Source: Setoptus koraiensis
Lineage: Eukaryota > Animalia > Arthropoda
Direction: 5' to 3'
Assembly (NCBI GenBank): GCA_048013815.1
Contig: CM106585.1
Span: 12,896,001 to 12,960,000 of the forward strand
DNA length: 64,000 bases
Shown: in pieces, positions 14,201-27,476 of the stretch
Layout: each line of letters opens with the position of its first letter
Numbering within the stretch: the stretch's first letter is position 1
Notes under the pieces: generated by a model
The model's database searches: none
Told to the model about the DNA's origin: nothing
Seen by the model: only the letters and a program-made list of their open reading frames with translations
Made by a program: the position numbers and the translations under genes

Positions 14201-17200
14201 AATGAAACCGAAATAAATTACGGCCGAGCCATCGAGGCTCTCGATTTGAGAGTCTCAGTTTGAGACGAGCCGCCGAACGGGCCGCCGAACGAGCCTCCGA
14301 ACGAGAAACTGGCTCACAATTGTCAGCTCCGGCGGCGCCCGACACTGTTGGGCCGACATGTAGGCTGCATGCAGCGACAGCCGGCCAGTGGGCACCAGCC
14401 GAAACGGGAGCCGGCAGCAGAGAACGGGCCGACAATGTGGAACGCGCCAGCAATTGTTGCTGTTATATCGCGATTGGATGTCGCTGTCGATGCTTCTCGG
14501 TCGCTCGGCCTCGTTCTTGGGCCTCGTTGTGGGTCCCCGTTGGTGCTTGTTGGTGCTCGCTGGTGCCCGCCGGTGCCCGATCGCGTTGCACAGCGGCCCC
14601 CAACGGCACAGTGGCAAAGGGCCAACTGTGTGCATTGTTGTCGGCGGGTGTCATTGTTCATTTTTATTTGATTGTTGTCGTCAGTGAGTCAGTGTGTTTT
14701 CACTGCCGCTGACACGAACAACCAAAACAACAACCACTCACAACAGCAGCCACGTCGAACGCGGCGACCGGCAACAACGGCCAACAGCCAACAGCGACAA
14801 CCAGCAACGACAGCGACAACCAGCGACAACCAGCGGCCGACAGCGACATAAGGCACCACCAGTTGAATGGAGAGCGATTGTGTGCTTATTCAAATCGTAG
14901 GTGATAATTCACAATTACAGTAGTTAGTTATCCCCTGTGTCCGCTGCTGCGTCGTTGTCGTTGTTGCTGTTGTTGTTTGGCCCACATGACGTGATTGATG
15001 ATGGCTGGCGTGTTGTTGCTGCGCTCCATCAAGCGTAAACGTACACCGTGCTTGCGACAACAACAACAAGCCGATAATAGAAACAGATAGCGGCCTCGTT
15101 GCAATTCGCGACCAACAACTACGTGGGTTTGCACGTTGAATGAAATTGCTGGAAATTGTCGCTTTTGCACTGATTAAAATCTCTCCACAAGCCAGCTCAC
15201 AACAGCAACAAGCCGGGGATATTGCCCAGAGATGGCTATCTCGGGATTAGTTAAATCAGACGTAAATCATCATCGCTTGCCGTTTGTTGTTGTTGTCGTT
15301 GGCGTCGTTGTTATCGTTGCCGTTGTTGTTGTTGTTGCCAAACTCGGGCCGCATCACAACAAAACCACTATCAATTTCATTACACGAGCTATCAAAACAA
15401 CAATTGTTGTTGGTCGGACGTTTGTTGCGGCGGCCCCACCTCCAGCGGCCAACAAAGCAGACACTGCGAGCCACCAACTGACAACTTGCGCTCACTGGCG
15501 CACAAACGAGCAAATGATAATATTAATACCGCCATTGTAATACAATGATTGTATACGTGCATTGCCGGAATTATCGCCAGAATTATCGCCAGAATTGTTG
15601 CCAGAATTGTTGCCAGAATGCAGCATCTCAGCCATAAATATGAGAGAGATAAACATGACAGGCAATTGAAGCGGCAACCATGAACAATGTCATTTCCTGC
15701 GCCCCATTCCGCGTGCAACACGCCAATTGGTTGTTGTTGTTATTATTATGCTCGCTACTCATTGGGCTCCGTTGTTGTCGTTGTCGTATTTATATGTATA
15801 GACAACGACGCATAAACTGCAGCACAAACACGGTGGCACGGCTACCATGTCCGCAGATTATGACTACAATGCGACTGATTAAATTTGCATTGATTGAATT
15901 AGCATCGCTGGCGCCCCTCCGATCAGCGTGCACCAGACGAGCAGATATGTCGCCAGCTCTTGTCCAAACAATTGCTCGACAGTGTGTGTGCTGGTCAATC
16001 GTCGTCGTCGATCGGGCAGCCATCGTTTCGGCCAGGTAAATCCGGGTTTGCGTGCTGCTGAGCGAACGGCAAACAGAGATTAGAATAATTTGAATGCAAT
16101 GATAATTGTCTTGCACGTTGCAAACTATTCGAAACTCGCCACCACTCACAGTCGTTGTCAGTATTCGAACTTATAGCCATTAGAGATTCGAAATTCGAAC
16201 TTCGAACTGCAGTGCGCAGTCCGCCGACGAAGGGCCAGAGATAACGAACGCAGCACAAAGAATTCTCTCTCGCCATGCCATTGATGCTGGAATTTGTGCG
16301 TGCTCGTCTGACAATTATTTATGTGGCCTCTCAATGGGCACCAGTGACAACGATCGACACAGGCAGTCCACGCAAATTGTCCACCAATCAACTCGGCTGG
16401 TGGCTTCGCTTGCAACTCTTTCTCTCTATTTCACGCTTATTGTCCGGCGCTCGCCTGACAATTGTCAGATAAACTCACTCGATAAGTTGTTGCTGTTGTT
16501 TGTTTTGTTGTGAATGTGGCCACCACCGTGGCTCGCTCGCAAACAGTAACAACATCATCAATACAATGGCTCTCTCTCACTGACCAGGCTCAGGTGAGTG
16601 TCAGCGTTGCCAATTGCCAGTGGCCAGTCATTGTTTGTGACACTGTTTGTGACATTTTTGTTGCTCGTGTCGCTGCTGCTGCTGCCGACCACCAGCACGC
16701 ACCAGCACCGTCGAACGCCAGCGAAGCCGGCCTGACCTCGGCCCAGCAATCAGGGTGCGTCAGGTGAACAAAATGGTCGTTTAATTGCCATTAATATCCA
16801 CTATTCGGCCGATAATTGTCACAACTGTTTGTGTGTGCCACTGTCACACCGGCCAGCAGCGACCTGTCACCGGTGACCGGTAACTAACCAACTCAACAAC
16901 TCGACAACTGACCAACTGACCAACTGAGCGAGCGGCCGCACCGTTTGGCCGGCCGCTCTTCAATGGCGAGAGCGCATCAACACCGACGCTGTCGCACAGG
17001 CGCCCCCTGAGGCCCGCCGGCGAGGCTAATTTGAATAACAATTGATCGCAATTACAGTGCGCCAATTGCGCTCGTCTGTCCTCGCCGTCTAACTATAAAT
17101 CCGGATTCTGTCGGCCGTTGTGAGGCTTTTTGAGGCATCGTGCGCCATTGTGAGGCGACCGGGCCGCTTGTTGTCACCGTGGCTGCGCCGCTGGTGGCGC

Positions 17201-20200
17201 CGGCGTCGATATTGATCCGAGTGCCGCGACAAAGTCTGATTATATCAATGGTGCGTCTTCTTTTGACAATCTACTTCCACAGTGGCCAATTGTTTGCAAT
17301 TTCGCTTCTTTGCCAATTCTTCGCAATTTCGCTTCTTTGCCGATTGTTTGCGCGCAGCCATCGTGGCTGAAATTGCAATCATGGCCGGCGGTTCAATCTG
17401 GTTGCTGATAAAACGCGTTGTGCCGATATTTGTGATATTCGCGACAGTGTGCGTTTGCGTCGGCCGACAACGGCGGTGCGTGGCATATTGTCACTAGAAA
17501 CGGACGGCACCAATATTTTCATTTCGGTGCTTAATTTGGCCACCAAGGGTGCACCGGCAACACCGGCATATGCGTACATGTAGCGGCAACGGCGGCCAAA
17601 GATCGCGCAAAATAACGTGCCAGTATTCACGGCAGTTGTGGCCGCCGCTGGCAACCACCGGCAACGACCACCGTCCAAGTTGGCACTATCTGGTCACCTG
17701 GTTGACGGCGGCAACAACGGCGCGATCGGTCGATATGAGAACGGCCGTCGGTCGTCTCTCGGCGGGCCGGTCGGCGCTGGCGGTCAAAACTCAGCGGGTC
17801 ACCTCGGCTATCGTCCTGCTAATCATATGAATATTTGACATTTCTCCCACAGTAGTACAGACACGCCAGCAGCAGCAACAACAACAACAACAGCGTTATG
17901 CGCATTGGTCAATTTCCACAAAAGTGACGTTCCGTGTGTCTCACACAAACTGCAAAAGTTTGTGTGTTGGTCAGCACTGGTCAACCTTGAATTTGCGAGT
18001 GGCCACCGATTGCGAGCGCCAGAGATGGCAGAGATGGCGAAAATTGCAAAAATTGAAGATTATTTGTAACAATAATCCAGAGATAAAGAGCGTTTAACAA
18101 TCACACTAATCGATGGACCCTGCCCGAGAGAAAGTTGCGATGGCAGCGGCGCGGCTCTTAGATCACACCATGTTGTCTGCATAAATCGCGCCCATGCGCC
18201 ATCTATACACGGTACCAGCACGGTACACACATGATGATAAATCTGGCAATCATAGGTAAATTGCATAACTGATCCGACACTGTTGTTGTTGGCTGAAATT
18301 GATTCATTTTGGGCGCTCTCACATGGTCGTCATCGTCATGAGTTATTCACAGTTATCACCTCGCAATTGATCGCCATTAAGTGGGACACGATTTAATTTG
18401 GCAACAAACGCACGTTACACCTAAGTGAGTTGACTCGTCCATCAATCTTCCCATCCGAATGATGGCACTATTGCGTGACACGAAACTTGTGTAACAGTGT
18501 GCTATCGTTGCATTGTAATGGCACTTGTACTGTTTTCTGATCCAACACTGGCTGTATCGATTGGCTGCCCAGAGATTAGGGAGCAGAGAATTTATCAGTG
18601 TTCTCACAAGTCAGTTCTCGGTGGCGAAGAATGCGCCCAGCGGCATTCGCCGTCACTAATATTCCCTGGCAATAGTTTATAGTAATATTCTCCAATGGTA
18701 CTTTATAGTAATAGGCTACCAGTGATACAGTGATGGTCTGTCCACCGGTCATCCTGTTTGCCGCTGAAGGAGTCGACGCTCCTCAAGCGAATAGTGACAG
18801 TGACTTTCGGCGCAAGAATTTTAATTGATGATAATTGTTGTAAATGTTGAAAAGATCACATGTATATCATGGTATCATTTTGCTGTTGCCGCTGCGTCGC
18901 GTCACATGTGTGTCGTATTTTGTACTTGTGTCGACTCGATATAATGATCATCTCCGTGGCCACGTCAAAATGCCACTTGCCTATATTACCTGTCGCCCTC
19001 AAACGCTGCCTTAAATCATAATGGCAACGCTTGAGTGCGGACCTTTGGCAGCGGCCAAAGCGGAGCGCCAGTTAATTGCAACGTGTTGCAACAATCAAAT
19101 CAAATCACAGCAACCAAACTGACCATTTGCGAGACGAGACGAGACGAGACAAGAGATATCTAGCCACTAGCGCTCGCTTGGATACGCGCAAAGGTAATCG
19201 GCGTCATTCTTGCTGCCGCTGATGATGATCTGCTCAATTACAACGATTAGTTTGAGCGCCATTATCGAGCTGATGTTGTTGTTGTTGTTGCTGATGCTGC
19301 TGCGAAAACAATTCGGGCACTTGATACACTTTTTGTTGTTCGCTTCCTAAAGATCATGGTCAGCCTAGCCTAGCTGCTAAAAGTGACCTCTCTTACACTT
19401 GTCAAATCCATCATTGAACAAACGTATATGACCCGCCCACGGGCTCAATCAAAAGTCATTGGGCACAATATTTAGCGTTTAAACACACGCCTATTTAAGG
19501 ACCATCGACGAGGACGATTATTGTTGTTTGCTCTTATTATTATTGCAAAATATGTTCCAGTTGCAGTTGTGGCGGCCAATTGCAATTAATTCATTATTAA
19601 CTGCTGCCGCTGCAGCAGCATGTTGAGCCATGTTGAGCCATGTTGAGCGGCCGGCAACCAGGCCCAAAATGGCCGAAATGGCCAAAATCCAACAACTGAC
19701 CATTTGTGTTCATTGGCGCTGCCGTCGTGTAGCCTCTTCGCGTCGCTTGTCGGCTCTTTGTTCGGAAAAAGGATAACATAGGCTCAACCTATTATTGCAC
19801 CGATAGAGTTTATCCAGTAGTGTATAGGTGCATCAGTGACGGTGCGTATATGTAAACGCGCTGCACGGAGAGATAAATAACAGCAACAACATAACAGCAT
19901 ATTCCAAGAAGACATCACCAACCGACTGACAAAGCTGATTTTGTGACTAGTAAAATTATATACGCTTGCTGTTGCTGTTGTTCCACAACCAGCTGATTAT
20001 GATTGATTGGTTGATGATGTTAATAGTGGTAGTAGTCACTGGCAGCGATGCTGGCTTCCTGGCCGGCTGTTCTCTGGATATCCCAGAAACACGGGAGAGA
20101 AAGCTCAAAAGTAGTAGTGCGAGAACTTTTATTAGTGCTCAGTTTTTTTCTGGCTGGCTGGCTGGCTCATTCTCTGGCTATTCTTGCATCCATTATCCAT

Positions 20201-23200
20201 CGTTTCGCTGCTAAAGTCAAGTTGCTCTGCTTGCTCTATGCCATAGAGTCTATGGTGAGCCCGTGATTGACCATAAGTGTTAAATAAAAATCTCATACAA
20301 GAATCAACTTTCATCGAATATCTCGATCGGGAAAGTCCGCGATTACACACATAACAGCGCGTCACTAAGTGTAATTACTGGCAGTGGATACTCGAGCATG
20401 CAATTGGTCGATATTGTTTCAGCCGTACCATGCCATGAATAAGGTGATGAGCCATGCTATTATTGGTGGGCCAGGGCTTACAAACAGCCAAAGACCAGCA
20501 ATAACACCAATGTACACACACACACACACGCGGATGATTTGTACCGCAATACACGGCTATTATCCGGCTCCAAGTTGAAATATCTGCTGTTTGCTCTCTA
20601 TTGGCGTATTGACCTCCGACATCAGACAACAAACACATACGGACGTTTTATTATCATCTGGCTAGGTGAATTCTTCGTTTCGTTTGTCGTTCTTCGGCTT
20701 GTTGTTTAGTGTTGTTTGCCGATGATCTATATGCTCTAAATCTGATATGCATAACAACGTTTCGTATTGGCGTCGTCATCACCAAAAATAACACGCCATA
20801 TGCACAAACAGCAACAACAACAAAACAATAAATGGTCCTTAGTCAATATCTCAGATATAGCAATTACCATTGCAAGTCTAGTTTGCCTATGATAATAATT
20901 GAAATTGATTGATGATTGCCACCATTAATCGTCTAATGAATATCCTCTAATAAATGTGTTGTGCCGCCATTTGTTGATTGATCCACCTCCCAATATTTCT
21001 AATATCCTGATACAAGCCAGATACAACGCTAGCCAGGTAGTATCATATCTTATTATTACTATTACTATTTAGGAATTATCGCTGCTAATCATATCATATA
21101 ATGTGTATTATATTATTATATTATTGCAAATATGTGCTCACTACTATTATTATCCATCAAACCTGTGATATTCAATACCATACTTAAAATAAATATACTT
21201 TGTTTATATCAGACAAATGTATGCAAATGATCAATCATTATTCAGATAGATAGTGCGCTTTTTTTGCCGTTTGTTTCTTCTTTCGCCGTCTACAATCCGA
21301 CTAGATCTTTATATTTATTTCGCTGGCAATATTTCCATCAATAATCGTTGTGCTTTAGTTATCGGGGATGGCGTTGTTCTTTGTCTTTGTCGTGCCAGAT
21401 AGTTGATTGTACCTTCGCCGAACATATTCACCGTGGCCATATGGCTAGCAACGGCATACTTACAATTGTTAGACAACTGCAATTGCAATTTGCATTACAA
21501 AAATTTCTATACAAAGACAAATATTACAAATAGGCGGCATATGGATTGGAAATTGGTTTCGTTGGTGGTAGAGGAAGAGAAAAAAAAGGCACGGGCATAT
21601 GAAAAAGCAGCCATAGCAACTATCGGCTCAATTTGTGTATTTATCATACACATTCATCATATTTCATGCAAATAACGTGTCAGTTTATGTGTTTTTGCTG
21701 TACCAAGTGACATGTGAGGTCAACAAGTAGACATTTATTTTTATCCAATTGTGCCCAATTTGTGACCATTCTTTTCTTTTATCCGTTCTCTAATTTTGTC
21801 CTCTGTTTTTCGTGTCTATTGTGGCTCGCTCAGCCACCAGTGATACAGTGTAGGGCTACTGGCACCGGTGATAAAGTGGTGCTACTAATCACACATTGTC
21901 TAGTGTTATTAATCATTGCAGCAAATTAAATTATACCAACAACACTATACGAATAGTATGGTGCGGATAAAAAACGGGAAATTTGCAAAAAACTGTGCGT
22001 TCTCTCTAGCGTTCCGTTGCCAGAGAGCGGTTCGCTTGAGTGTTGCACCGTGCAACTTGCACGCAAAACAATGGGCTCACCAGGTTAGATGCGTTCTCGG
22101 CTTGGTGCAAGGTGCGCGATGAACCCAAGCCGTTTGAGCCGAACCTCGTCCGCCCAACAGTTCATAATGCGATGGTGCACATTATTCGCGGGCTGCACCG
22201 TCGCGGCGAGCCTTGGGTGCACGGGCGTCGGTTGATGCAGCCAATGGCGACGGTCTTTGTTGGCTTGTTTGGTTCAACTGGCTTGCACCGGCTTCGTTGG
22301 TATCTCAATCTGCGTTGCTTGCATTGGTAACTATTTGCTTGGGTTGGTTTGATTTCTTGTATCGGTGTCAGTGATATCATCATTTTAGTGCCATTGTTGC
22401 CTCGGGAGGCAATCAATATAATTTAGATGTATCGTCTCCGAGAGCAGACTCATTCATCGTCACAGATAGAAAATAGATAGAGAATAAAACGAGAGACGCG
22501 AAATGCGATAAAATAAAACACAGCAAACAACAACATGGCGAATGGCGAATTCTTTACAAAAATTAATGACCTAAACGGCCCTAAATCTCCCAAAGGGCAC
22601 AATTATATTGGAGCGGGCATATACAACGACAACGTCGACGACGACGACGACGACGACGTGCACACATGTGTTCATACAAAGTATTGTAATTGCAGGAATT
22701 AAGTGGCGATAAAACCGAGCCAGATACTGTAGACAAGATAGTGGATCAGCCAATATTCATACTGGACGGCATGCCATATAATGGCCGCTAGGCCGTAGGC
22801 TGTCAGTGGCATGAGCGAAGCCATGAAAGATGGAAGAGACGTTCCCCTAGGAGTTCATCATATTATTGGAATGGAATGAAGTCCAGCGAAGACGCTAATC
22901 AAGAAATAGCGATGGATAGAGAGCAAGAGACATCAGAAATAAATAAACAAGCAACAATAACAAACGACAGACACCACAACTTCTGGCCAATTGGAACATC
23001 CTAGAGAGATTCTCGTGAAGATAAGAGACGTGGTAATTCTCCTATTTTCCAATGTGGCCTGTGTGTGCTATCTCAATTATCACCAGGTGACGTGAGAATA
23101 ACGCCCGCGCTCTCTCTATACATTTGGGCCGTTCATTTAACGCGCACGATATCATTATTAGTTATTTGGTCGTTTCGAATGAGTCACAACAACCAACCGA

Positions 23201-25787
23201 GAACCATACTAGAGAGTTGGCTAGTTTCGAGCACAAACTTTAAGAGCATGACAACCAAAAGAGAGTCTATGGTCTGATTGACCACTGGTTCACCTTGCGG
23301 TCATAGCGTTTTATGGCCGCAATTTGTGCGAGTGCCACGAACAAAGTAGGATAGAGAATCCATGAAATCTCTTATTATTTCCGAATTTTATTACCCATCG
23401 ACGCTTCTATTCTGAGCTGACCAATAACAACACTAGCGCCAGTAAATCTTAAAACGTCTCTACAGACATACACTGTATACAATTGGCGTTTATATAGCCC
23501 GACAACGAGCAGACTGATTGAGTTTTCACAAATGATGCCGCACTGAACGGGCTCATAGTCATCTTCACATAAGATTGATGGAATGGACCAACAATAATCA
23601 AAGATATTCTAGTTACTCACACCACTGACCGAATCCACGGCCAGAAAAGCATTCACCCTTCGTTGTTGGAGGATCCACCATTGCTTTTGTCGTAACTACC
23701 AGCGTAAGCATAAACACGTGCACATAATTTGGTGCTTCACTTGCGAGCGAAGATCGTGTAAGGAAAATATCACTTTCTATCCGGTTCAGATTGTTGTTGC
23801 TAGTATTTCCAATAAATCACGACTAGATGTCGGCTTGTGGATGATAATAGTCTGGTCTTTTGGCCACAGTTTAAACGAGCTCGGGTTGAGTGATCAACAG
23901 TTCAAGACTGCTAAACATGCCAGCTAAAACATGGTTGTATGCTCGCCTGACGGCCTATTAAATTTGGCACTGTAATAGGAAATAATCAGTATTAATGGAT
24001 TGCTCACCAGCTGTAGTGATTACAATTTAATAACCAAGTTAATACAAGTAAATGTACATGTAAATGATCAAGCCTAAGTGTATCAAGTTGATCTAAATTT
24101 AGTAATCTAAAGCAGGGCAAGATAGCGTTTGCTTTGTGTTTTGTTTTCTCGCGCGTCCTATTTCAGGATGTTTATGCGAAGAAAAAAAATCAGTGAACAA
24201 GTTATTGGTCGATATATGAAAGAGATTTGTCTCCCTAATTAATTACTACAGCTTATGAGGTGCATTATTTGGTAACCTTTAATCTAAACAGATAATCGTA
24301 GGATCATAGTTTTAGTGCCACTACGCCACGATTTAGCCCCAACATAGAAGCTGTGGTTGCATGGCAGCGAGGCATTTTTGTTTGGGTCTAGTGTTTTTCT
24401 TGGCGACAATTGTGAATCTCTTTCAAATGGCGCATTTTTTCATGACGTGCACAACCAGTTCATAGCGCTATGCATGATTTGTACTTGTGAAGCCTCTTCT
24501 TGATTCTCGCTTTGCGGCGGTGACCAAGCCGGAAGTCGAAATTATCTACATCGTTCTTGCATCAACTCTGTGACATCTTGGCCTTGTCATGTTGCGTGTG
24601 TGACTGCGATGTTATGCGACTGTTCCAGTTTACTTAACTCGGTTAATTGTTTCTTATCAGCTAATGCGTGCAATTGGGTCTTTGCTTATGCCACATTGTG
24701 TTGGTTTTGCGATTGTTGTTGTGATATAAAAACTATTGTCAGATAACAACAATCGTCAATGAAAAACAATAACAACATTGCACCTATATAGCGATTTTTA
24801 TATAATTAAATTGGTGCACTAATACGTGTGTAAGTTTTACACACGCCGAGCCATATATAGTTTGACTTTGGCACCGTCAATGTTTTGCAATTGCGCATTA
24901 TCTAGCCAGGACATCTAGTGTGAGACTTTGGCATGATATTGGCGGCCTACAACAACGCATTGCTAGTAGACAGTGATAAGGAAAAGCGAATGTTGTTGGA
25001 AGAGGAGATAATCATTTGGAAGCAACAGAGTCGGTGTGCAAGTAAAGAAGTTTATGGTCAATTAGACGGAATCAATCTCAAATGACACAAGGTAAAGAAG
25101 AAGACGAAGAAGAAAGTTGTGCCTGATAGAGCAGCTAATTTCGCTTGTGAACGTGCCAGCAAACATACGTGCACGTATGCATATGCGAATTCGAACGCAT
25201 ATGATGGTTGCGATAACGAAAAGAACAAAAGCAACCGCCAATTAAGCGAAACTAATTAATGGGTGGACGGTGCTCGAGCACCGGACAAGATGACCACTAC
25301 ACTAATACCGGTATATTGATTGTGTATTCCGATTGTGTTCTGTGTGCCGCTGCCACTCCGAATACGGCACTGCCGGCCAGTGTCCGACTGAAGCAGCTCG
25401 GATAATTGCAATCGAAAGCGATACATTACGCGATGCCCCCATCGAACGGATAACGCCGCTCCGATGACGCCCGAGCGGTGCGCGGGGGAGCCCCTCGCTA
25501 GAGGCCAACACAGACCGACTTGGCCGTCGGTGAAAGTCAGCCCCAAGGCATGCCCGGGATCCTGTCCATTCAAACATGGCACACCGAGGAACGATTTTGT
25601 TCTTGCGAACCATTTCTACCATTTATACATTGTACACTTGTGAGAATAGCTCGGCTGGCGCCACCTATGGACCTTTTGTAGATGCATGTAAGTGCAGTGG
25701 GGATTCAGTGCGGGGATTATGGTGGACGATCGATGGCCACCACTAAATCCAATCGGATTTAGTGGCTCGCAAACGAAGCCCGACAAA

Positions 25788-25846
25788 TCTCTGGCGATCA
25801 GACGCATCTCTGGCGATCAGACGCATCTCTGGCGATCAGACGCATC
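25788..25846. repeat. 19-bp perfect tandem repeat (TCTCTGGCGATCAGACGCA) x3
   Basis: Read directly; preceded by an 11-bp perfect inverted repeat at 25740-25765. Confidence 0.9.
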
Positions 25847-27476
25847 ACGGCCTGTGGTGAGGCCATCTCAAGCTGCAGATTATGGCGCAGTGTGCCGCTC
25901 AAGACCCAATTCGGCCACTGACAACTTGTGATTCCCTGAAAGAAACAAAAGTGAGCACACTCTAGATAAACGCGATCCATCAACGGCACCATTCAGTGGA
26001 TTTATAAATTTATCTGGCATAAGTTAGTTTGCTCACCGGCGAGATTGTGCCCGCACTCATGGCACACAGCACAATTGGGGTGACGCTTGTTGTGGGATTG
26101 GCGCTGAGATTGCTGGGCAGTGCAAATAGTAAAAATAACAACAGCAACAACAACAACAACAACGTTTAAACGCTGCACACGGAGACGAGAGAAACAACAA
26201 CCACTGGCTGTCGTTACCTGGCGGTGGCCCTGTCACCTTTGGCCCTGAACGATGACCACACCGCGACGCACTTGACGCTTTATTTCGATTTGCGCCAGCG
26301 ATTGGCGATCGGCAATCGCTGGCAACTGTTGTTTGCTGACAATGTAGGTGGTCAGCAGCAGCACTGTTGTTTGGCGAGCAAATGTTGGCACTGCCATCAC
26401 TACTCTCCTAATCTGCGAATAGGATTTGAATTCTGGCGAATTCTCTCTCGCTCGCTCTCTGTCTGTCTGACAGCCAATCTGACAAACACTTTGCAACAAA
26501 AACCAACTCTCTTGGCGAGAATCGATAAAAGATGAGACCCGAGATGATGGTGAGAATGAAAAGTTTGCCAGCAGCAGCATTAGCATTTAGCGTTCTTGCG
26601 GCAGCTTAACAAAATCAAATTACTGAATATTTGTTAGTCCGCTAGTTGAGTGTTAGTCACCACTAGTGACCAGTTACTAGCTAGGGCCAGTATTGACTTT
26701 CGCCGCTGCCAGCCGATGATGAACGAACCAAATGAATCAAGCTAACAAGCCAGCTTAATACTACTACTACTGCTACTGTGTTTTGTTGGCACACAGTTGG
26801 CACCAGTTTTTTGATACGATTCACCTGTTACACGGCCGCTGACGCTCTTAACAACTTGGCCACGATGCATCGCAGTAGTGGATAGTTGAAAGTTAGCGAG
26901 ATGACAGAGCGATAACTGAATTGACTGACCAACCTGGACATTCCACCGAACAGACCACCGCAATGACAACAACAAACATTTTGGCCACTGCGACGGCCAA
27001 AATGTAAACATACCACAACAACGTTGAACGCTGAAATACCGGTCAGATGACCAAAAAAGATGCCACTGTGGAGAATCTCACTTATCTCGCTCTCTCGCCA
27101 GATTGAACCGATCGGATAAAACAGACTGACAACATGCGGTGGTCACATACTCGAGAATCCCCTGTAAGCTCCTTAGTATCACCATCGAGTTAGTAATGAC
27201 CGTTCGCTGTGTCGCTCATTAGAACTCGGCGCAAGCGAAGAATTTGAATCTGCTTTGGAATTTTATCGATGATTGATTGCAACATTACACACACACACAC
27301 ACATACATACATATGAGTTACTTATTATTGGTTCCAAATCACAAACTCACCATTAGCTACTGCAATATTTGGCCCGAGTCGCACACGACCCGTAAATAAT
27401 ATGCGTACGCTGTTTGTATGCAGGCTTGTTTTCTAAATAGAAGAGAAACGGATACATATAAGGCAATTTCGTCGAG

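Noticed and set aside
20045-20665. Possible plus-strand exons ending at GTGAGC (20254) and GTGAAT (20666) donors
   Set aside because: I could not chain them in phase without stop codons, and the translations are unrecognisable.
141-27016. Hundreds of 60-220-aa ORFs on both strands
   Set aside because: They are overlapping, homopolymeric or repeat-derived translations of GC-rich microsatellite DNA, with no recognisable motifs.
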